The notes under the pieces were generated by a model, which saw nothing but the letters and a program-made list of their open reading frames with translations, ran no database searches and had not been told where the DNA came from. Below are positions 29,407-35,219 of a DNA stretch of 38,692 nucleotides, one piece after another. A program made the position numbers and the translations under genes. Numbering within the stretch: position 1 is the stretch's first letter; each line of letters begins with the position of its first letter. This stretch comes from a virus (Duplodnaviria; Caudoviricetes): IMG/VR virus record IMGVR_UViG_3300038314_001105, positions 1 through 38,692 of that record. One strand, given 5' to 3'.

Positions 29407-29927
29407 TTCTTAGATTTCTTCTTCCTCCTGGGTGCGTCGGAGAGGATCTCCTCGGCTGGTCCTGGGTGTCCAGCAGGCATGGCATAGCCAGCGACTCTTG
29501 GCGGGCCAGCATCTTCTTCCTCTGGAGGTCTAGCAAAAGGGTTGTATCCCCCAGGTCGTGCAATAGCCATTGGCGCGTCGTAATAGTCTTGTGGCGTATA
29601 TCCCACTTCGCCGTGAGGCTCATCATAGTCGGCCATGTATAACCGTAGCCCTTTCTCGTATGGGCCTTTCGGGTCTGGTCGATACTCTTTTATATATCTC
29701 CCAGGCACAGGCTCGCCATAATTCCAATCACGAACCTTCGAGTCATACCTATGATCACCCGGCTTGTATGGACGATTAGGAGCATAGATTCTCTCCATTG
29801 AGTCTACCCTCAAGCTCTTATCAAAGTCTTCCTGGCTTTGAGCCTGAAGTATCATCTCGGTAAGCCAATTTCTGTCATCTTCAGTTAACCCTGACTTCCC
29901 AGTATCTGTCTTCTTACTAGCCATCAC
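29403..29927 (-). CDS. Hypothetical Pro/Tyr-rich protein with basic tail
   Basis: 4-nt overlaps with both neighbours. Confidence 0.65.
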   Translation of the reverse strand: MMASKKTDTGKSGLTEDDRNWLTEMILQAQSQEDFDKSLRVDSMERIYAPNRPYKPGDHRYDSKVRDWNYGEPVPGRYIKEYRPDPKGPYEKGLRLYMADYDEPHGEVGYTPQDYYDAPMAIARPGGYNPFARPPEEEDAGPPRVAGYAMPAGHPGPAEEILSDAPRRKKKSKK

Positions 29928-30217
29928 TTCTTTCCTTTGGCCTCTCGCAAGGTCTTACGAGCCAGAGCCTTAAGCTCGTCATCTGTCATAGATGCTAGAG
30001 CGTCTGTTTTTAATTCTTTCTCAATTCCGATTAGTTTCTTGAGTCCATCGTAACAGAGGTCCAAGGTCTTCATATCCTTGGCTGTCAACTCGTCACTGTT
30101 GTCGATCTTAACACGCAATCCCTCTATCTGACTGCGAGTTATCATGTACAAATCATGCAATAATTTATGGTTATCGGCGTTCTGATAGATCGTTACAGTG
30201 TGGCCTTTAGCTGGCAT
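29924..30217 (-). CDS. Candidate terminase small subunit
   Basis: First gene of the late operon, helical, with MTDDELKAL C-terminal motif; assignment is positional. Confidence 0.45.
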   Translation of the reverse strand: MPAKGHTVTIYQNADNHKLLHDLYMITRSQIEGLRVKIDNSDELTAKDMKTLDLCYDGLKKLIGIEKELKTDALASMTDDELKALARKTLREAKGKK

Positions 30218-30225
30218 TTTAGTGC

Positions 30226-30264
30226 GAAATCCCTATTATTTAGAAAACCTGTCAAGGGTTTTCT
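30226..30264 (-). promoter_or_regulatory. Putative late promoter with its -35 inside a palindrome
   Basis: TTGACA on minus (30255-30250) flanked by AGAAAACC/GGTTTTCT (30242-30264). Confidence 0.45.
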
Positions 30265-30305
30265 TGTGCTCCATACCTAACAATATCAGGTACTTATAAA
30301 TGTGC

Positions 30306-30337
30306 TTGACAAATAATAGAGGATAAGTACATATACT
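30306..30337 (+). promoter_or_regulatory. Putative promoter firing into the non-coding block (TTGACA-N18-CATATA)
   Basis: Perfect -35; same architecture as 35220. Confidence 0.55.
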
Positions 30338-30693
30338 CTTTATCCCCTCTTATCTATCCCCTCTAACATACGTTTACCCTAATTAAAGAGTCGCTCTATC
30401 CCCACTAATGCACATCTTGTCAGAGCGTGCAAATGAGCCAAAAATTCATGGAGAGGTATTGCCAAGAGGTAGTTGCCGCCTAGGGAGCGCTACCCCCCTC
30501 CTAGTTAGTACAAAATTTGTAGATCGCACTACCTCGCAACAGGGTACTACTACATGTGTCTGATCACTAAACTCAAAGGCCGCAAGTCTAGCTATCACTA
30601 CAAGATCAAACCTGGTACTTGGTTGATTCTAAAGGACATTTAGCAATCCCCATCAAGGAAAGTGTCATCCTCGCACTACGATCTACACGCTAA

Positions 30694-30996
30694 CTACCTG
30701 ATATTGTGTGAAGTGTGGTCCACCGGGTGAGACAAGACCACCGAGTTATCATACAAATAGACACACTTACCACACTCCTTGCACCGGATATGCAGGGCGT
30801 TCTGGCCTACAGTGGCCAGCGCTTCCCACTGGTTCTCGTCGTTCCTCCTCGGTGTGTCTGACACACTCACGTATGACGTGAAACCAGCGTCAACCGAACG
30901 CAGAACACCAGGTGTTATCGCGACGTCTTGTGTGCGGCCTATGGCCGTCGCATGGTGGGTGGGGTGTCGGGGTCGCGTTATACGCGAGGGCGACAT
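30694..30996 (-). CDS. Possible small protein with CxxC (true start probably internal)
   Basis: RCKECGKC in the 3' half; the 5' part overlaps hairpins and has no clear SD. Confidence 0.3.
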   Translation of the reverse strand: MSPSRITRPRHPTHHATAIGRTQDVAITPGVLRSVDAGFTSYVSVSDTPRRNDENQWEALATVGQNALHIRCKECGKCVYLYDNSVVLSHPVDHTSHNIR

Positions 30997-31452
30997 AATA
31001 CGTCACACGCGTCATACGCGTGTGTCCTTCCTGGTGTTGAGCGCCAGCGAGTCATACGAGCGTATAAGGCGCGTTTCCTCTCTGGGGTTCTGGTGTTGAG
31101 CGACTATGGAGCGTTTCCTTTTGTCCGGAGCCCCTGCTAGGCCGCTCGCCCTATGCGAGCGGGATGTATTGCGTCACCCCCAAAGGGGGTGTCCTTCATG
31201 TGTGTTAGCGCCCCCTTTATTGGGGCGCATCCTTATTGGTGTTAGGCCCCTGCCAGGTCGCACCCCTTATGGGTGCGAAAGTGTGAACGTCACAGCCAAG
31301 GGCTGTGTCCTCTTCCTTTTAATGCGTCGCGCTTGCGCGACACCTTTGGGTGGGATGTCGGGGTGCGAGTGCATCCGAGCAGGGCGACTATTGAGCTCAT
31401 AAACGAGTCATACGAGTGTTGATAGCTCAATCGCGAGCGAGTCATACGAGCG
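30965..31452. repeat. Array of covarying GC-rich hairpins with conserved TCCTT / GTGTT linkers (block A)
   Basis: Two units 116 nt apart (31130, 31246) show five compensatory base-pair changes; a related third unit lies at 30965-31080. Confidence 0.8.
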
Positions 31453-31467
31453 AGCGCAGCGGACGCA

Positions 31468-31501
31468 GGAAAGGACCAGTCAACCTTGCGGTCAACTGGC
31501 C
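31468..31501 (-). terminator. Terminator-like hairpin downstream of the 259-aa gene
   Basis: GGCCAGTTGACC-GCAA-GGTTGACTGGTC-CTTTCC on minus: GNRA loop, 3 G-U pairs, weak U tract. Confidence 0.55.
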
Positions 31502-31559
31502 CATTATAAAGGGAGCACCGTAAGTAAATCCTTATGGGCCTACCCTCGAGTTTTCCTTA

Positions 31560-32339
31560 TTAACCGATAGGGCTAATATCTTTGAAGGATTTAACCTTCT
31601 TGGCTAGCTTCTTTTTAGTAACCTTCTTCTTGGCTACCTTCTTCTTGGCTGGCTTGTCCATTCCAAGATCTGCTAAGAGTGTATCCGCTCCTTTTAAAGC
31701 TTCTTCTCTTCTAACATCTTTGGCTCTTCTGATAACTGGGGCCTTGGCTTTCCTCAATTCAACGGGAATGGTCAAACCCAAGTTAGTAAGTGCTTCTAAG
31801 GCGATATCACTGTTCTTTATCCATACTTTAGTATCCCAATAGGTTTTGTTGGCCATGTGCCCAAGCTGGTATATCCCGTCTCTGATAGTGTAAACCATTG
31901 CAGAATTGTAAGATTCTAGTTCAACTTTGCAGTCTTCCTTGGCTCCACTGTAGGCTTCCCACTGTGCTTGATAGTCTTCCGCGTTGGCTACCTTTAACTT
32001 TTCGGTCCCAAAGTTCCGAAAAAGACGAGTAAATCGTTTGATCTGGCCTTTGCGGGGGAACCCGTCCAAATTGGCTCTAAAGGTTGCAATAGCGCTTTGC
32101 TCTGCATCTTCTTCCAGTTTCCAGTGGCGTATCATAACGCAAAGAGCGTCGCGAGCTTCACTATTGGCTTTGAGTTCCTTGCGTAGTGCATAGGGCTTAA
32201 CCTCTTCGTCCATTTCTTCAAGCAAATCAGCCTCTTCGGGGCTTCCACACTTGGTTAATAGGAGAGCTTCCTTTAACGAGTTGATCTTTTGAATGGTCTC
32301 TAGGTCGATGTCACAAACTGAATTTGAATCTAATAACAT
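31560..32339 (-). CDS. Orphan protein with Lys-rich histone H1-like C-terminal tail
   Basis: 259-aa ORF, SD GAGATAGGA, own promoter-like region and terminator; tail KPAKKKVAKKKVTKKKLAKKVK. Confidence 0.8.
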   Translation of the reverse strand: MLLDSNSVCDIDLETIQKINSLKEALLLTKCGSPEEADLLEEMDEEVKPYALRKELKANSEARDALCVMIRHWKLEEDAEQSAIATFRANLDGFPRKGQIKRFTRLFRNFGTEKLKVANAEDYQAQWEAYSGAKEDCKVELESYNSAMVYTIRDGIYQLGHMANKTYWDTKVWIKNSDIALEALTNLGLTIPVELRKAKAPVIRRAKDVRREEALKGADTLLADLGMDKPAKKKVAKKKVTKKKLAKKVKSFKDISPIG

Positions 32340-32399
32340 TTTTTTTCCTATCTCTAGTTAAGTTTAAAGAAGAGGTCTTTCTCTCCCTCTATATATACT

Positions 32400-32428
32400 G
32401 TTTTACAGGACAAAATAAATCGAGTCAA
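32400..32428 (-). promoter_or_regulatory. Putative promoter of the 259-aa gene
   Basis: TTGACT-N17-TAAAAC in AT-rich DNA upstream of the gene. Confidence 0.4.
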
Positions 32429-32466
32429 CCCCCTAACTCCAGTTAGTTGTGTTTTATCGTCACTTG

Positions 32467-32496
32467 TTGCCAGTTACCGAATGGTTATCCCATGAC
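32467..32496 (+). promoter_or_regulatory. Possible promoter for the right-hand structured block (TTGCCA-N18-CATGAC)
   Basis: Fits the -35/N18/CAT pattern; just upstream of the hairpin chain. Confidence 0.3.
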
Positions 32497-32564
32497 CGAT
32501 CGGGCAGGATTTGCGGACACCTGTTAGCACCAGGCCGGGGGTCAGGGGGACGGGTCCCCCTGCC

Positions 32565-32687
32565 TTGCGCCCCCACCCATAAGGGGGCGCTTCCTTATTT
32601 GTGTTTGTGTTTGCGCCCCCACCCATAAGGGGGCGCTTCCTTATTTGTGTTTGTGTTTGCGCCCCCACTTATAAGGGGGCGCTTCCT
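32565..32687. repeat. 46-bp tandem repeat, ~2.7 copies, each with a GCGCCCCC/GGGGGCGC hairpin (block B)
   Basis: Unit starts at 32565, 32611 and 32657; the first two copies are identical. Confidence 0.95.
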
Positions 32688-32694
32688 CTTACGA

Positions 32695-32795
32695 GCTTGT
32701 CCATATGTTATCCACACATAGCGCTGTGCGGCACGTCGAGTCCGACGAGACATTTAAAGTGACGCTCTGCGCGTGTGGGTAACATGTGGGCAAGC
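32695..32795 (+). ncRNA. 23-bp stem hairpin with 3 G-U pairs
   Basis: 32695-32717 pairs with 32773-32795; all three mismatches are T-G on +. Confidence 0.6.
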
Positions 32796-32821
32796 GTACA
32801 GGCGTTTTGTTTTCCTTTACG

Positions 32822-32847
32822 AAAAGGAAACAAGGGCCGAAGCCCTT
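32822..32847 (-). terminator. Terminator with C(UUCG)G loop after the 32-aa ORF
   Basis: AAGGGC-TTCG-GCCCTT-GTTTCCTTTT on minus. Confidence 0.55.
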
Positions 32848-32945
32848 CACTCTCCTTCCTGATCGTCTTGCTTGGTTTCAGGGACTTGCTTGGTTTCAGG
32901 GAATAAGACCTCAAATTCGTTGAGGATTTGCTGTAGGATGTCCAT
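32847..32945 (-). CDS. 32-aa acidic peptide MDILQQILNEFEVLFPETKQVPETKQDDQEGE
   Basis: SD AAGGAGG 5 nt before ATG, in-frame 18-bp duplication, terminator right after the stop. Confidence 0.5.
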   Translation of the reverse strand: MDILQQILNEFEVLFPETKQVPETKQDDQEGE

Positions 32946-33097
32946 CGTAGCCTCCTTGGGCAATTAAAGTTTTCACAACGGCTCAAACATTAATTGACTG
33001 AGGTGGCGTGCGATGGACGTCCGGAGGGAAATCATCAATGCGGGGGGCTTAGTCCCTGAAGCCGAGGAAGGCACGCAAGATGAGAGGAAGGAGAGTG
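32848..33097 (+). ncRNA. 250-nt rod-like imperfect hairpin
   Basis: Arms pair over most of their length; nine G-U-compatible and no A-C differences on + by hand alignment. Confidence 0.75.
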
Positions 33098-33189
33098 CAG
33101 GCGTTTTTGGTCTAACCTTTTACGAAAAAGGTTTGCTTCGGCTTAGGGACCTGAAGGGCGCGCTTGCGCGGTCCCCTGTGAGCTCGTAA
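33013..33189 (+). CDS. Possible 58-aa ORF with SD and 5' half buried in the rod
   Basis: GAGGTGG upstream of ATG; mirror of the 32-aa ORF. Confidence 0.3.
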   Translation: MDVRREIINAGGLVPEAEEGTQDERKESAGVFGLTFYEKGLLRLRDLKGALARSPVSS

Positions 33190-33334
33190 GTGAGTGCATC
33201 CGAACGTCGATAGTCTCACAGGAGGACGGAACCCCTGGCCGGGCCCGACGCTTGGGACCCGTAAAGGAGTGCATCCGACTGTCGCTGGTCCCAAGGGGAA
33301 GCTCCAGTTGTTGCGACTTGGGTAGATCTTAGTG

Positions 33335-33394
33335 CAACTTGCTCAACTTGCTCAACTTGCGCATCATTTCACACGTGAGGACATGCGCAAGTTG
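33335..33394. repeat. 9-bp tandem (CAACTTGCT x3) with an inverted partner
   Basis: CAACTTGCGCAT 33353-33364 pairs with ATGCGCAAGTTG 33383-33394. Confidence 0.8.
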
Positions 33395-33758
33395 TTCGGT
33401 GATATCCTAGGAAAGCCACCCTACAAAACCTACTAAAAGATATGGGTTAAGCAGGTTGACGAGGAACTTAATCCAAGCATGGGCAAGATAGTGCTTCGAA
33501 TAACCGCTTGGATTAACACGATTTCTCCGCCCTTCATGCAGCAACGTATGACGTTACGACATGAACCCCGGAACCCCACCCAAGCCTTGACCACGCTTTG
33601 AGAGCGCGGCCAATGCTCCTCGCTGACACTCGGGCCGCCCCATCGTCGGCTGCACTCCTCGCCCCGGCACCCCGCCCCATGTGCGAGTCACACAGTCTGT
33701 GCGAATCACCCATCTCGCACATCTCGCACCCACCGCGCGGTTCGCCCAGGCCCGCGTA

Positions 33759-33906
33759 AGTGCGCGTCTAGCTCGCGCAACTGGAAAACTTCCTCCTGAG
33801 TGCGCGCCTAGTTCACGGAACTGGAAAACTCCTCGCGACTCTGTGCGTATCGCGCGAATATTGTCCCTCCCGTAAGTGCGCGTCTAGGTGACGGAACTGG
33901 AAAACT
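33759..33906 (+). repeat. Three bipartite 32-bp repeats AGTGCGCGYCTAG-N7-AACTGGAAAACT
   Basis: Copies at 33759-33790, 33799-33830 and 33875-33906. Confidence 0.9.
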
Positions 33907-34002
33907 TCTAAGAGGAGAAGAGAAGGGAGGGGGAAGAAGGGGGGGGGGATAAGGTTAATGAATTAAGAGCGTCTATAAATATAGGGGCAAGAAAAGGAGA
34001 TA

Positions 34003-34242
34003 ATGATGGGTAGGAAGAAGATAACGAAAGTGAGTAATCACAGGTACAACGTGCCAAACCCTAGAATGAAGGGGATGGTGCTTAGTCCTGAGTTCATTGA
34101 TGCTTTGACGAGGGAGGTTCTGGCTTGGGAGGTCCTTAATGGGGAGCCACCATCTGCTAAAGTAATTATAAAGATAAACAAAAGGTTGATGAAGCTGTTC
34201 AAAGAAGCAGGCAAAACTACAATCATAAAGAAGGAGAGATAG
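34003..34242 (+). CDS. Hypothetical early protein (basic)
   Basis: SD AAGGAG; first gene of the early operon. Confidence 0.7.
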   Translation: MMGRKKITKVSNHRYNVPNPRMKGMVLSPEFIDALTREVLAWEVLNGEPPSAKVIIKINKRLMKLFKEAGKTTIIKKER

Positions 34243-34244
34243 AG

Positions 34245-34619
34245 ATGCCAACGATAAAACCTTACAAGCATGACTGTAAGAAATGTAAATGGGTGACATG
34301 GATTAAGCTGGCCGGAGATAGATGGGCCAACATGTATGTGCACCTAGGTGGCTGGGCTGGAACCATGCCCGGAGACTGGAGGCATGAAGACACCACGATA
34401 GTGCTGAGGCTATCAGATGAACCAGGAGATGTTCTTACTTATGTAGCAGGAGATGATACCCTCAAGTTGTCAATTGAAACAAGCATCCCTTCTATAGACC
34501 GTATTTCTAGTGAAGGACCAAGGACAAGGGGGGACCAATGTTCATCAGATATCATTTCCACACAGGAGAAGAACGTTCCTTTGAAGAGGAGCCCAACCCG
34601 GTCGAGTGGAAAAAGTTAG
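34245..34619 (+). CDS. Hypothetical early protein
   Basis: SD AAGGAG; P.Y.HDC..C motif and IVLR.SDEPGD. Confidence 0.65.
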   Translation: MPTIKPYKHDCKKCKWVTWIKLAGDRWANMYVHLGGWAGTMPGDWRHEDTTIVLRLSDEPGDVLTYVAGDDTLKLSIETSIPSIDRISSEGPRTRGDQCSSDIISTQEKNVPLKRSPTRSSGKS

Positions 34620-34861
34620 AACATGCGATTCCTTGGGACGCAGCCAGAGAGTTCCCTGAGGAGGAGGCTCTCGTTGCGAATTCTGCGAATTCTGCGAATT
34701 TAGATTTGAGAAGTATTCCTGAAACTATTGTCGGTCTTCCTTCAAAGGAGCTGGTTGACAGAATGAGAGTCTACTCAAAAGAGTGGCTTAACCGAAGAGA
34801 TAGGAGAAGAAGTAATGAAAAGCAAAAATGCAGTCATCAAACTAAAGCCAAGGGTGAATAA
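34538..34861 (+). CDS. Hypothetical early protein with an ANS tandem
   Basis: SD AAGGGGG; fills the gap between neighbours. Confidence 0.55.
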   Translation: MFIRYHFHTGEERSFEEEPNPVEWKKLEHAIPWDAAREFPEEEALVANSANSANLDLRSIPETIVGLPSKELVDRMRVYSKEWLNRRDRRRSNEKQKCSHQTKAKGE

Positions 34862-35066
34862 GGATGAAGAGGTTTCACTCCAGGAGAAAGAAGATTGGAG
34901 AACCTGGGGTAACATCATCCATCAGCTGATGCTGAGAGTTGACATGTTAGAGGAAGAGAATCGTGATCATAAGCGGGTGATAGTGGATCTGGTCAATACA
35001 TCTCACCGTGTAGGAAATCACTTAAAGGTAGTGCTGGGAGTTATGAATAGAGAAAACGAGGAGTAA
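34815..35066 (+). CDS. Hypothetical coiled-coil protein
   Basis: SD AGGAG; operon packing. Confidence 0.65.
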   Translation: MKSKNAVIKLKPRVNKDEEVSLQEKEDWRTWGNIIHQLMLRVDMLEEENRDHKRVIVDLVNTSHRVGNHLKVVLGVMNRENEE

Positions 35067-35070
35067 ACGA

Positions 35071-35205
35071 ATGTCTGTAGAATACATCGTCCTCGCAGTA
35101 AGCCTGGCTGCTGCACTCACAACATTATCCAAGGTAGAGATAAACAGGAGAAGGAGAGAAAAGGTAAAGATGATTAGACAAATGTATATTGATAAATGTA
35201 AATAA
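35071..35205 (+). CDS. 44-aa membrane-anchored peptide (not in ORF track)
   Basis: SD GAGGAG; MSVEYIVLAVSLAAALTTLSK then a basic stretch. Confidence 0.6.
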   Translation: MSVEYIVLAVSLAAALTTLSKVEINRRRREKVKMIRQMYIDKCK

Positions 35206-35219
35206 ATGTCGTCAAGTCA

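Noticed and set aside
5860-29779. Numerous antisense or off-frame ORFs inside late genes
   Set aside because: Shadow frames of long, motif-bearing minus-strand genes.
30779-31402. + strand ORFs of 106, 70 and 98 aa
   Set aside because: They overlap each other and the hairpin array, have Arg/Cys/Pro-rich shadow composition and lack good SDs.
32565-32687. CRISPR array
   Set aside because: The units are palindromic, but the sequence between hairpins is identical, so there are no unique spacers. No cas genes.
32848-33097. DGR template/variable repeat pair or retron msr-msd
   Set aside because: No reverse transcriptase (no YxDD ORF). Differences include C-to-T, transversions and indels rather than adenine-only changes, and they fit G-U pairing.
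32474-33875. ORF-track calls at 32474, 32708, 33112, 33534 and 33681
   Set aside because: They translate repeats and hairpins in GC-rich DNA and have weak starts.
33759-33906. Mini-CRISPR array
   Set aside because: Gaps of 8 and 44 nt are irregular, the middle of the repeat varies and there is no internal palindrome.
30218-33970. tRNA, tmRNA or hammerhead ribozyme
   Set aside because: No T-loop/acceptor cloverleaf and no CUGANGA...GAAA core found by eye; a cmscan is still needed.
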